Origin: an uncultured delta proteobacterium
GTDB lineage: Bacteria; Desulfobacterota; BSN033; UBA1163
NCBI GenBank assembly: GCA_963708295.1
Contig: CAVPSJ010000007.1
Location: 165,797-229,796, forward strand
Reading direction: 5' to 3'
DNA: 64,000 bases
The stretch's first letter is position 1. Each line of letters opens with the position of its first letter. Both the position numbers and the translations under genes were made by a program. Of the stretch, positions 21,087 through 32,045 are shown piece by piece. The notes beneath the pieces are model-generated. The model was not told the DNA's origin. It worked only from the letters and a program-made list of their open reading frames with translations, and ran no database searches.

Positions 21087-22247
21087 CTAACGGGGTCCGA
21101 GCTCGATCATCTGTTGATAAAAACCTTCAACGGCTTCCACCTGTTGATCCAATTGGAAATCCTGGTGCGCCTTCTGATAGGCTGCCCTTCCCAAGGCTTC
21201 TCGCAATCCCGGATCGTGAAGCAAACGAAGGGCCGCATGGGCTAATTCATCGGCGGTGTCGTTCACAACTAAGCCTGAAATGCCATCCTCCACCAACTCG
21301 GGAAGCATCCCCCGATTGGCCACGATGACCGGTTTGCCCATGGCCATGGCTTCTCTTAGAGCTCTGGCGGTTCCATCCGATCCGGCCATTAAGAAAACAA
21401 AGATGTCCATGCAGGCTAAAGTAGCGAGATAATCCTTCGTTTGATATCCTCCCAGAACAACCCACTTTTCAACGCCGAGTTGTTTCATGGGTTGGATGAC
21501 ACTCTGTTCTATCTGACCCGACCGGCCAACCAAAAGAATCTTCACGTTTTCAAATTCTTTCGCAATCCTTTTGACCGCCTCTAGAAAGACGGCTGTCCTT
21601 CTGTACTTTTGAAATCGGGCGATCATTCCGATAACGACCTCCTTGGGTTCGATCCCGAAAAAGGTCCTCATATCCTTAAATTTCCCACGGGGATCGTACC
21701 GGTTTAAATCCAGCGCTGGCGAGATCTTCCTGACCCTCTCCAGAGAAAGCCCGAAATGCTCTGCGTCTTCTCTCCGCGCTCTTTCAGAAAAGGTGATCAT
21801 GCCGTCCGTGAACCGAGAGATGAGAAAGCGATTTCCCAAGCTGGGTTTCAAAGGATCTCGCTTGTGGTCGGACCGAATGACGATCATAGGATGGCCTGAC
21901 CTCCGCGCAGCGATTCCCCCCAAGAGATGACCATGGGTATGGTGCACGTTGAGAATATCGAACTTACCCTCACGAAGATAGCGGGTCAGGTCCATCATGT
22001 CACGGAAATGAGTGGGCAGAAAGGAGGGGTGATAAAACTTCACGGAATGATCCAGGTGAAACCGATCCGTCGCCTTCACTCCTGATTGGAGGACCCTTCT
22101 TTCAATACTATCCTCTATGGGGAAAGGAGGTTTGCGATAGGCAAAGGTGACGTCATGGCCTCGTTTCTCCAATTCTTTACAGAGGGTCAACGTCGGATCA
22201 GCAGGACCGGTCCACTTCCAGTTGCTGAAAAGATGAAGGATCTTCAT
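21087..22247 (-). CDS. GT4 glycosyltransferase
   Basis: GT-B fold: IGMIARF, ALREAMAMGKPVI..G.LPELVEDG. Confidence 0.85.
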   Translation of the reverse strand: MKILHLFSNWKWTGPADPTLTLCKELEKRGHDVTFAYRKPPFPIEDSIERRVLQSGVKATDRFHLDHSVKFYHPSFLPTHFRDMMDLTRYLREGKFDILNVHHTHGHLLGGIAARRSGHPMIVIRSDHKRDPLKPSLGNRFLISRFTDGMITFSERARREDAEHFGLSLERVRKISPALDLNRYDPRGKFKDMRTFFGIEPKEVVIGMIARFQKYRRTAVFLEAVKRIAKEFENVKILLVGRSGQIEQSVIQPMKQLGVEKWVVLGGYQTKDYLATLACMDIFVFLMAGSDGTARALREAMAMGKPVIVANRGMLPELVEDGISGLVVNDTADELAHAALRLLHDPGLREALGRAAYQKAHQDFQLDQQVEAVEGFYQQMIELGPR

Positions 22248-22322
22248 TCTGTTTAAAACCCTCGCCCCTCATCTATCCCCTCTCCCCGGGAAAGAAGGCG
22301 GGACAAAGGGGATAGCCGTGGA

Positions 22323-23540
22323 CTATAAGAAAAAATTATCATTTTCGATTCCTTCAAGCTTCCCGACGTCTGCCCCGGAATGGATGAACTCTTCCAACCA
22401 CCAGTTGGAACGATTGTAGAAGCAGCCAACCTCTTTGCACTCTCCCTCGGCATCGAAGGTCAGGATAGATTTCGCTGTCCTGAGGAGACGCTCCTTGAAT
22501 TCGGATTCCGATTGATATCCTCCCGCCTCTCCGATTCGAGCCACTTCCACCCCTCGAAACGCCGGGCAGTGAAAGATTCCAAAAGGCGTCACCACGCTTC
22601 TGAAAAATTGCAAGTGGCATCTCTTGGGCTGTCTCTTGATCTGGTCGGTCTCCTGATTCAACATGGCTTTCAGGTTGGAGCTTTCAAGAATCTTGACTCG
22701 ATCCCCGGCGAGATGCTTTGCCTCTTGAAGACGCATCTTAATCTGATCGATGATTTCTCTCTCTTTCGTTTTTTCGACGTTTCTCAGCAACGTCTCCCTC
22801 TGGGACTCCTTGAATCGGACCAGGCAGGGCTTAAAGGAAATATAATCAAAGGAAAACTCCTTTGCGAGGTCCACCGATCTTGCCATTTCATCCATGTTGG
22901 GATGGAGTTTCCTCCCGTTAATCTCCACGCCTTCCCAGACGATCACGAACGAATACCCCAAGGATACTGCGGAATTCCTTTCTTTCACTTTTCTCGCCTT
23001 TTCCAGAATCCCCTTCAGAGTCACTCGGGTTTTGGGTCGGTGTAAATCTTGAAAGACATTTTCCCCGGCGGCATCGATGGAAATTCTGACCCAGTCCTTT
23101 TCTTTGAGCACTTCTGCGACCGCTTCGATTTTTTCAAGTCTTGAACCATTGGTCACAATGCCAACCTGTAAGTTCTTGCTTTTGATATACCGGACAATTT
23201 CTCCAAAATCTCCGTGAAGCGTCGGTTCCCCCCCTCCGATCAAGATGACGGAAAGCAGGCCGTGGGAATGGAGGGTATCGACCGTCTTCTTGGCTTCCGC
23301 AAGCGTCAAGCTTTTGCCGGCATTGATCAACTTCGAATCAACACAAAAAGAGCATGAGAAATTGCAGGCAGAGGTCAGATCTAAATTGATGGAAATCGGG
23401 CTGAAAACCGGCAGCCCCCGTTCCGGAGCGTCGACGCCGCACCTTCTCTGCCATTGGATATACTCCTTCAACCTTGGAAGGGTAGCATCCTGCCTGAGTT
23501 TAGCGCTGAAGTCGTGCTCTTTTTCTCTCAACTTTTCCAT
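22323..23540 (-). CDS. Radical SAM protein with C-terminal Cys-rich (twitch/SPASM-like) region
   Basis: CNFSCSFC, GGGEPTLH, TNGS, RISID; C-terminal C..HCP..C..GC. Confidence 0.85.
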   Translation of the reverse strand: MEKLREKEHDFSAKLRQDATLPRLKEYIQWQRRCGVDAPERGLPVFSPISINLDLTSACNFSCSFCVDSKLINAGKSLTLAEAKKTVDTLHSHGLLSVILIGGGEPTLHGDFGEIVRYIKSKNLQVGIVTNGSRLEKIEAVAEVLKEKDWVRISIDAAGENVFQDLHRPKTRVTLKGILEKARKVKERNSAVSLGYSFVIVWEGVEINGRKLHPNMDEMARSVDLAKEFSFDYISFKPCLVRFKESQRETLLRNVEKTKEREIIDQIKMRLQEAKHLAGDRVKILESSNLKAMLNQETDQIKRQPKRCHLQFFRSVVTPFGIFHCPAFRGVEVARIGEAGGYQSESEFKERLLRTAKSILTFDAEGECKEVGCFYNRSNWWLEEFIHSGADVGKLEGIENDNFFL

Positions 23541-24478
23541 ACGTTTCTCTTTTCGAACTCACCAAAGCTGTCATCAATCTCCTTCAACAGCGACGTGTTA
23601 TGAAGAATATGCGGATATCCGATGAGGGGTTCGGTTTTCTTTTCAACAGCCTCCATGACATTTATAACGGAGAGTTCAAGGGGATCCATAATCTTCAATT
23701 TCTTATCCCCATAATTAAAAAAGATCCCATAATCGTGTAAGTCCAGGCTTCGAACAATAACCTTTCCATTAAATCCGAAAGAAAAATCACGGGGCGGGGT
23801 CTTCTGGTGTATCAATTTTATTAACACATCGCATGCCCGGGTTTCAAACAAATAGCTAAATCGGACGTTCAGCTCCCCTTCGCCCTTCCATTCAAAATTC
23901 AATGTTTCTATCTTTCCGGCACCCAGCCGGCAATAAAGGAGGCTTAAGGGATGGGGGACGGATTCGGGGATCATGATTCTTCCCGGAGAAAAAGGCGACA
24001 GACATACGAAAAAATCATTCTTTTTCTCAATCCTAATCTTCCCGCAGATTTTCTCATAAGCGTCGAGGGAAAACGGCCATTGAGAATTCATGGCAATGGT
24101 TAATCTCTTTTCTCGCGCCCTCTCGAAGACGTCCTCAATCCTTTTTCGAATATCCTCATGATCGCCCCAGATAAAAGGCTTTTCGCAGAAAATATGGAGT
24201 CCCCGGTCCAGACACTTTAACAGATAGTCATAATGGGTTGAGCCGGGGGAGGCGATGACTGCGAGATCGGGCTTTTCAGCGTTGACCATCGCATCAAAGT
24301 CTGTATAGGGACGGGCTTCGATCCCGTATTTCCGCAGAGCAGAAGAGGCCTGGCGGCTTGTCTCTTCAGTCGTCCCCAGCACAGAGATTACGTTTACTCC
24401 GTGTCGATGGAGATATTTTCCGATATACTCGCCGATGCCATTTCTCGTTCTACCCGCCCCGATGATGGAGGCTTTCAT
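23528..24478 (-). CDS. Gfo/Idh/MocA NAD(P)-dependent oxidoreductase
   Basis: IIGAG, PDLAVIASP..TH, HIFCEKP; overlaps start of the radical SAM gene. Confidence 0.82.
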   Translation of the reverse strand: MKASIIGAGRTRNGIGEYIGKYLHRHGVNVISVLGTTEETSRQASSALRKYGIEARPYTDFDAMVNAEKPDLAVIASPGSTHYDYLLKCLDRGLHIFCEKPFIWGDHEDIRKRIEDVFERAREKRLTIAMNSQWPFSLDAYEKICGKIRIEKKNDFFVCLSPFSPGRIMIPESVPHPLSLLYCRLGAGKIETLNFEWKGEGELNVRFSYLFETRACDVLIKLIHQKTPPRDFSFGFNGKVIVRSLDLHDYGIFFNYGDKKLKIMDPLELSVINVMEAVEKKTEPLIGYPHILHNTSLLKEIDDSFGEFEKRNVWKS

Positions 24479-24572
24479 GCAATTCAACCCTCCACAATTC
24501 TGTAACCGCTCAAAATCTATTGATATTTTAACACAATTCACAGAGTGGTCAACATATCACCCGATCTGATGA

Positions 24573-26171
24573 TCACTTATTTGAAAACAGCACCAGGTCA
24601 TAGGGGCCTGCTCTTACCTGTTCAACAGATACCCGTTCCAAGTTCAACTTTCCTTTTATCACATCGAAGTATTTTAGTGGAATCACCACCCTAACTCGTT
24701 GAGGTGAATGAAGAACTTGAGAAAACCGATCCGTGCTCTTGATCTCTTCAATATAAGGCTTTTGAGTATAGTAAAGCAGTCCATTGAACTCAGAAAAAGC
24801 CATTTTGAGTTCATCTTCGGGTCCTATCCTTGCAAGGATTCTTTCCGATAATACCTTCATTGACCTCTCGGAATTGAATTTTGGCAGAATCAAACTGAGA
24901 TGGAGATAGAAAAGACCAAACGCAACTACGAGCGTCATGAATGACGCCCTTTTCTTTCGTTTAAGAAACAGGAGAACCGAGACCAAAGATCCCAGCGGCA
25001 AATAAAAGAGGGTCCAGAGTTCTACGGATTGATAGGCTCTCAGGTGGGGATACAATTTTTCTGGAATTCCCATGACAAACAGAAGAAACCCGATAAAGAA
25101 AAGGAAAGTAAGAACAACAAGTCCGGAAAGAGTCCCCCAGCCTCCTTTCGAAGAACGAAGCTCAGAATCCCACAAAACACCGATGAGCATCGCTGCAGCC
25201 GGGTGCAGGGGAAGAAGATAATTATCTTTCTTCCCCTTCGAAAGGGTGAAAAAAAAGAAGATGAATAGAAACCAAATGATGAGAAATAAGAATTCCTTCC
25301 GAACATTTTCTTTATTCCGAAATCCTAAAATGAGGGCAGAGGGCAAGAGAACGATCCAGGGGAAAAAATCCAAAGGGAAACGGATAAGATAAAAGAAAAT
25401 GGGTTCGCGATGGAAATACTTCTCGCTGCCCATCAATCTCCCAACGGTCTGCCCGAACAGAATTCTTTCCGTATACTCTTCTCCGCCAACCCAACAGGCG
25501 GGCAGGAGCCAGAGAAAGACGACAAGGAGAGAAAGAAGAGTTCCCCACAGCAGATGAGTGTTCCAAAACGCTTTGACGTTCCTTTGAGACAGACCGAAGA
25601 TGATAAAGATGGGAACGGGGAGATAGGCAACGGGCCCTTTCGTTAAGACCGCCAGCCCCATAAAGAGTCCCGCAAAAAGATAATACCTTCGGCGTCTCGC
25701 CTCATTCTCAAAACCCTGGAAGAAGTAAAAAATGGTAAAAAGGAAAAGGAGCGTGAACAGAGAATCTAACATCATCCAACGCGATATTTGGAGAAATAAA
25801 ATACTTGTTGCCAGAACCATCGCGGAGAGGAATCCAACTCTTGGATGGAAGAGTCTTTCTCCAAGAAGAAACGTGACGAAAAGGGTAATCAACCCCGCCA
25901 GCGCAGATGGAAGACGGTTCGCTAATTCGGAATTCGCCCCCCCCAAAAAAGTGGAAAGATTGACCAGCCAGAAAAAGAGAGGAGGCTTTTCTGCGTAGAT
26001 GTCTCCGTTGAGATGAGGTAAAATCCAATTCCCACGTTGCACCATTTCGCGGGCGACCACCGCATATCGGGTTTCATCGGGCTCCCAGAGATCCCTTCCT
26101 CCCAGATTGAAAAGGAAGAGGAGCGTTCCAACGGCGAGAATGATAAACAGATATCTGGTCCTGACTTCCAT
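24573..26171 (-). CDS. ArnT-like glycosyltransferase #2
   Basis: LWEPDETRYAVVAREM, EKPPLFFW, LTKGPV, SKGKK.NYLLP. Confidence 0.88.
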   Translation of the reverse strand: MEVRTRYLFIILAVGTLLFLFNLGGRDLWEPDETRYAVVAREMVQRGNWILPHLNGDIYAEKPPLFFWLVNLSTFLGGANSELANRLPSALAGLITLFVTFLLGERLFHPRVGFLSAMVLATSILFLQISRWMMLDSLFTLLFLFTIFYFFQGFENEARRRRYYLFAGLFMGLAVLTKGPVAYLPVPIFIIFGLSQRNVKAFWNTHLLWGTLLSLLVVFLWLLPACWVGGEEYTERILFGQTVGRLMGSEKYFHREPIFFYLIRFPLDFFPWIVLLPSALILGFRNKENVRKEFLFLIIWFLFIFFFFTLSKGKKDNYLLPLHPAAAMLIGVLWDSELRSSKGGWGTLSGLVVLTFLFFIGFLLFVMGIPEKLYPHLRAYQSVELWTLFYLPLGSLVSVLLFLKRKKRASFMTLVVAFGLFYLHLSLILPKFNSERSMKVLSERILARIGPEDELKMAFSEFNGLLYYTQKPYIEEIKSTDRFSQVLHSPQRVRVVIPLKYFDVIKGKLNLERVSVEQVRAGPYDLVLFSNK

Positions 26172-26401
26172 GAATCCGAGGCCTCTCTCGAATTTTTACT
26201 TAAACAGACGAATCATAAATTGATACAATAAAATGATGCCTTGCACCGGTATTCAGTCCATTGTTCAGCCCATCGAACATCGACAACCCAATAAACTGAC
26301 GGGGAATTTGCCCTAGGATTTCTTAATCTATTTAGATACGGGTTTACAAGGGTAAAATATTCCAGAATTTCCGCCAGTTCCCTTTATCCAGCGCAGCCTC
26401 C

Positions 26402-27886
26402 TCAGGGGCCATTCACATAGAGATAAACCCCAGCTGTCTTTCCATACTTCTTCTGCAATAGGAGGCGGTATCCTTTCGATTGGAGAGCTGGAAAAAGCGG
26501 GTTATCGCTGGTATAGGAATCAATCAGCAAGATGCTCCCTGGCTGGTCGTCAAACCGTTCCGATAACACATCCTGGGTTCTCAGGACAGGGACTTTTCTC
26601 CCAAGGTAGAAGACTGCTGCTCCCCGGGTGGTTTCGGAAGGGTTGACGAGATAGATGGATTCATTCGTCTTCTGGCTTAAAACGGCCTTGTATAAAGGTC
26701 GAAGACTCTCTTTCCTCTCTACGGGAGTAATGACCAAGAGGTAAGCTCCTGCGTATATCAGGAATATGGCGACCAGACCCTGAAACTCTCGGCCCTTCAC
26801 TTTTGGGAATGCCTCTCGAAGATGATCCCATCCAAGGGCTGCCAGGAGCGCAAAGGAAGGATAGAGGGGGCCAAGGTAAAGGGGTCGCTTTGCAGAGGCG
26901 AAGGAAAGTCCGATGAGGCCCGTCAGGAGCCAAACAAGGGCAAACCAGAGTAGAGAACCGTAGGGAAGCGCCCCCCTCGAAGGGGCAGGTTTCCATCGGT
27001 ACCAGATCAAAACGAATAGCAGGATCGTCCAGGGCAGAGGGGCCGTCAGGGCTTGAGTGAAGTAGTAGTAGAAGGGCTTTGCATGATCCGCTGAAGAAGA
27101 AGAAAAACGCCAGATGCTTTGCCGGATGATCTCCTTAAAAATATCCAATCCTTCAAGCCGCCAAACGCTGACAACCCAGAGAAAGATCGGCAGGATGAAG
27201 AAGAGAATTGCAGGGTTCAAAAGCAGTCTCCCGATCGCTTTGAAATCCTTTTTAGTGATTAAGAAAACTGCCACAGTCGCAGCGGGAATGGCCACCCCGA
27301 CGATTCCTTTGGAAAGGAATGCCCCAGCCATTGCCAGGTAGAAAAGCGAGAAGAAGAGGAACTTTTTCCTTGATGCCTGGTAACCGGCGACAAATCCATA
27401 CAGACTAAGGGTAGTGAAAAAGAGAAGCACTGGATCCACCCTGAAATGCCGGTGAAAGGTAATAAAAGTCGACATGGTTGCCAGGATGAATCCCGCCATC
27501 AATCCGATTCTCTCTCCGGCCAGTTTTTTCCCGATCAGATACGTGATGAGGACTGTTCCCGTTCCCAGGAATATGATGGGAAGAAAGGCAAGAAAGTCCG
27601 GCGGATTTTTACTCATCGAAAGCGAAAGAGCAATAGGCCAATATCCCAAAGAAGGATATTCGAGAAAATCCTCTCCATTGAGCCGGGGAATCAGATAGTC
27701 CGAAGTGATTGCCATCTCACGGGCAATTCCAGCCACCCTCGGTGAATCCCGGCCTGTAAGATTAAGCCCCAAAACGGAAAGGATGAGTAAGGCCAGAGTG
27801 AAAACGAGAAGAACCAACCATGCCCGGGAGGACTTCTTCCCAGAATCTTCGAAAAAAGACCGCGACCATATTTTATACTTCAGCAT
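26402..27886 (-). CDS. Divergent ArnT-like glycosyltransferase #3
   Basis: DSPRVAGIAREM, IPRLNGE.FLEYP, LSKG, HAKPFYYY, SAKRPLY. Confidence 0.8.
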   Translation of the reverse strand: MLKYKIWSRSFFEDSGKKSSRAWLVLLVFTLALLILSVLGLNLTGRDSPRVAGIAREMAITSDYLIPRLNGEDFLEYPSLGYWPIALSLSMSKNPPDFLAFLPIIFLGTGTVLITYLIGKKLAGERIGLMAGFILATMSTFITFHRHFRVDPVLLFFTTLSLYGFVAGYQASRKKFLFFSLFYLAMAGAFLSKGIVGVAIPAATVAVFLITKKDFKAIGRLLLNPAILFFILPIFLWVVSVWRLEGLDIFKEIIRQSIWRFSSSSADHAKPFYYYFTQALTAPLPWTILLFVLIWYRWKPAPSRGALPYGSLLWFALVWLLTGLIGLSFASAKRPLYLGPLYPSFALLAALGWDHLREAFPKVKGREFQGLVAIFLIYAGAYLLVITPVERKESLRPLYKAVLSQKTNESIYLVNPSETTRGAAVFYLGRKVPVLRTQDVLSERFDDQPGSILLIDSYTSDNPLFPALQSKGYRLLLQKKYGKTAGVYLYVNGP

Positions 27887-27968
27887 AAATTATCTTTCCC
27901 CTTTCGCGATTCAATTCCCAATCTTCCTGTTTCTTTCATCTAAGGAAATTCCTGTTTAGTCCCGGCTG

Positions 27969-29793
27969 TCACCGGTTAGACACAAATACCACATCTCTGC
28001 TTCCTACACTTCTCCTCGTGATCAGGTTGAGAGAAAGATCGGGGAATTTCCTGATCAGTCTTTCATAATCCTCATAATTAACGAGGCAGAATATTTTCTC
28101 TTTTGAGCGAAAGAGATCGATGATTTCTTTCTCATCTTCAGTTTCCAAAATGGGAACGATCCCCGTATAGAAATTAAATTGAGCGGTTCCAGCAGATCCG
28201 GAGTCTCCGTATATAACCAGTTTTCCACCATTCTTCATCGTCTGTACGATTTCCTGTGAAATGAAGCGAGCAGATTTGTAGGGGTTCACCAGCGGAAAAA
28301 TCACACGGGTCGCATAAAAGAAACCCATCCCCGCGGTGGCCACAACAAGTATAAAGACAAGGGATTTATATCTTAGGCCCTGGGCAAGAGACAGAAGAAT
28401 ACCCGATCCCAGCGAGAAGGATGATGAAGGGAATGACACTCCACCGCGGAACATAGGAAAGGTATTTTGCTCCTGATTCTGCTCCTTTAACGATCACTCT
28501 TCAGAATCTTTGGGGTAGAGGGTTCTACTGAGAAATGGGCTACGGCAGGAGCCGCATAAAGAAATATTCCAACTAAAAAAAAGAGGATGATAAAGAGATA
28601 GACCGGGAGGGTGATCCAGGTCTCTCGAACCGAAAACCGACCGGAACCTGAGAGATAGTCATCCCAGAACTTCCCCACCATCAACGATGCCGCAGGGTAT
28701 AACGGGAGAAGATAAATGTGCCCTTTTCCCTTTTGAAAAACTGAAGAAAAGAAAGATCGCAGCGAACCAGACCAGAAGGAAGAGAAAATCTTTTGAGATT
28801 CCCTCTCTTCTTTTCGAGAAACCGTAAACGATGGCCCCTGGAAGAAAGAGGAACCAGGGCAGAAAGTCAACGGGGAAATTGGTGAGATAATAGTAGAATG
28901 GCCGGACATGGCTCGTTCCTTTCGCAAAGCGAACGATGGTTTGATGAAGCAGCGTTTCGTTGAGGAAGGTTCTGTCCTCCTTTCAGTACAGCAGGAAGAT
29001 ACCAGGATAAGACAATCACAATCAACAGGGCCATCCCCGTCAAAAGCCTCATCCTCTTCATCGCCTTCCAATCCCTTTGAACCAGGAGATAGACTAAACT
29101 AACCAGAAGGGGAAGGATAAAACCCACCGGCCCCTTTGCCAGAGTGGCAAGTGCCATGCCAATATAAAATCCATAGATTAGCAGGTTTCTTCTATTCCCA
29201 CTCTTAATCCAGTTCCCCCTCACCCCCTCCCTCTCCCCTTGGGGGAGAGGGGTAGGGTGAGGGGATCTATATTTATACCATTGCAAAAACAGAATGAGTG
29301 AAGCTGTAGTAAAGAAAGTGAGGGTGGCATCGATATTGGCCCGTGTGGAAAGATAGGCGAATTCAAAACTTGTAGCCAGGATCAACGCCGAGAGGAATCC
29401 GGTCCGTGACCCATAAACCTTTTTCCCGAGAAAGAAAGTAAGAAGCACCGTAAGGGTACTCAAAAAAGCGGAAGGAAACCTCGCTGAAAATGATGTGAAA
29501 CCCTGCCAGAGAAAGGATGAAAGAGCAATCAGCCAGAAAAAGAGGGGAGGTTTATCCACATAGGTATCTCCATTAACGTGCATCAGAATCCAATCCCCTC
29601 TTGCTACCATCTCCTTGGCGACCTGGGCATAACGGGGTTCATCCGGATTCCAGAGGTCCCAGCGTCCCACTCCCAGCATAAAAAGGAGTGAGCAGAAAAC
29701 CAGAAGGAGGATGATCTGAACCCAAGAGTGTTGGAATAATTGCCTAACCTGTAAATGCTCTTTGTAAACCATCTTAGATACCATGACAGACAT
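27969..29793 (-). CDS. ArnT-like glycosyltransferase #4 (multiple frameshifts; in-frame palindromic insertion)
   Basis: LWNPDEPRYAQVAKEM, DKPPLFFW, LAKGPVG in 28867-29793; YLLPLYPAA in 28487-29071; NPYKSARF, NFYTG in 27969-28454. Confidence 0.82.
29216..29264. repeat. REP-like palindrome inside ArnT #4 coding sequence
   Basis: CCCCTCACCC-CCTCCCTCTCCCC-TTG-GGGGAGAGGGGTA-GGGTGAGGGG, translated as SPHPTPLPQGEREGVRG. Confidence 0.8.
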
Positions 29794-29883
29794 TATTCCC
29801 CCCTCAACTTTTGCTCAATTATAACCCATGAGCAGAAAATCTATGCTGATTTTCTTATAAAGCGGCGCAAATCTTGATGGGGG

Positions 29884-31597
29884 TTAACCACGCAACCTCA
29901 CAAGATAGAATTCTCCATTGTTCCAGAGGACTTCCAAGGTGGAAACCGTTATTTTCAATTCCTCCACATTTTCTATGTCGCGTGACACAGTAAATGTCAC
30001 CTCCTTCTTTACGACGCTTATTAAATTCTTCGCGGGATAAACAATAGCGGCATCTCTCCTTGCTGCGGAGTTGATTAAAACCAAATTCCAGCTCCCCAGA
30101 GGGATCGATCATGGGCGTCCTGATCTTATTGTAGAAATCAATTCCATAAAGCGATATTCTAAATTGGAACAACTCCTGATTTTGGGGGAGCCATGTACGG
30201 ATGGCTTTCGAAACAGGGTAAGCAGATTTGTGGGAAGTTAAGAAATGGGCCATGGGAAAGAGAATGGATACCAAGAAAAGAACAGAGAGAGTATAGCTCG
30301 TCAGAAACCAGCCTCTTCTCCATCTCCGTTTAACCAGAGCGGGCAGGAATATCATCATCACCTGAAATAAAATGGGTAAAATGATCAAAGGCCATCCAGT
30401 TTCAAAATGGATGTCGCTCCAATCTTTCCCCGGTTTCAAATATTTTACGAAACCGGGTGCGATCAGCGCACCGATGAGAATGAGGGATTGTAAGATAATC
30501 GGCAGATCATAGAGGAGCCTTCTGGCTCCCCCTTTTTCAAAGTGGATATTGCGCTCTTCATACAACCTAAAAAGATGACCAAAAATAATGGCAATGGGTA
30601 AAAAGATGGGGGCGATGTAGGGGATCAGTTTCGATGAAGAAACGGAGAAGAAAATAAAGATGAAGAAGATCCATATCAGAAGGAAGTGTTTTTCTACGGT
30701 TTCGAAGAGAGGGGTCCTTCCATTTGACCCTCCCTTTATTGCTTTCCATAAAAAGGCAGACCATGGCAAGGTTCCTAATAAGACAACGGGGACATAAAAC
30801 AAAATGGTTTGGGTCCGACCATGAAACGTCGTGGTATATCTCAGGAGATGCTCACGAATGAAAAAAAACCACAAAAAGTCTTTATTGGCTTTTTGAACGA
30901 GAATGACCCATGGACAGGAGATGACAAGAAAGAGGATGATCCCAACCGGCGAAAAGAGCCTTGGAACATCGCGCCATCTCCTGGAGATAAAGAGCCATAG
31001 GATCATGATGGCAAAAGGGAAGACGATTCCAATCAATCCTTTCGTCAGAAAACCGAGGGCACTGCTTATGTACAGGAGATAACCCCAGCCTTTCCTCTCG
31101 CAGTCTCCAGCAACGTATCGATATCCCGCCCAAGTGGCAAGAGATACGAAGAAAGCGAGAGGCACATCGAGTATATTTATTCTCCCGAGGATGGAACTGT
31201 ATAGAAATGTACTCAACACCCCGGCCGAATAGAGCCCGGTCTTTTCATCGTGAAAGAAGGTCCCCATACGGTAAACGAGGAAGATGCATCCCCAGGCGCA
31301 GAGGGCGGCAAATAGTCTTGAGGAGAATTCATTTTCTCCAAATATTTTAAACAAGAGTGCCGTTGCCCAGTAGCACAAGGGAGGCTTCTCAAGGTAAACG
31401 AGATGATTCAAACGGGGGGTGACGTAATCCCCTGTACGGTTCATGAGGCTAGGGATATCACTATAACGGGCCTCATCAGGCTCGATTAAGGGCATGACAG
31501 GCAAAAGGAAGATATAGAGAACCAGAGGGATGAGGAAGAGTAAGAAGATTTTGCTCCAGTTCCAATGTTTCATTCTGGTCTCAATCAAATCTGCCAC
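29884..31597 (-). CDS. arnT: ArnT-like glycosyltransferase #5, the most canonical Ara4N-transferase-like copy; frameshift near 3' end
   Basis: PLIEPDEARY, DYVTPRLN..YLEKPPL.YW, LTKGLIG, FFFIREH..RY, SSSKLIPYI; tail continues in ORF 29884-30084. Confidence 0.8.
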
Positions 31598-31675
31598 CTT
31601 GTTGAGATGGAGTGCTCTCTCAGAGACGAAGGCCCAGTCTTTCTTTGGTGGTCCGAGAGAAATATTACTCGATAA

Positions 31676-31721
31676 AGATTAAAAAGGGATTAAATGGAGG
31701 TGAAGGTTTCTTAATCCTGGG
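31676..31721 (-). promoter_or_regulatory. Candidate OmpR/PhoB-family operator upstream of ArnT #5
   Basis: 46-bp block AGATTAAAAAGG..TAAAT..TGAAG.TTTCTTAATCCTGGG repeated without gaps at 33240-33285. Confidence 0.6.
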
Positions 31722-32045
31722 AAGCAGTATTTTTGGTTTTTATGGAAGACCATGAGATGGCGAAGGTTGAATCTTGACTCAACTCGACGCAAACTTCAAT
31801 TTCCAAGAAATAGTCCATCTTATCGTTACTGTTTGCTCTGTTGTATTTAGCCCACTCGGGGGTTTATTCCACAACGAAACGTCACGTGGTCGGAGTTGAT
31901 GCTATTTGATGAATTACATATTCAGGGTATAAGCAAGTCGCCGAAGGAAAGAAAATAAGAATGTTGCCTGATTGCGACGGCTAATTAGTCAGGAAACCCG
32001 ATCAAAAAGTCAACGGAACTTTATCGTCGATCGTGAGAGTCAAGG

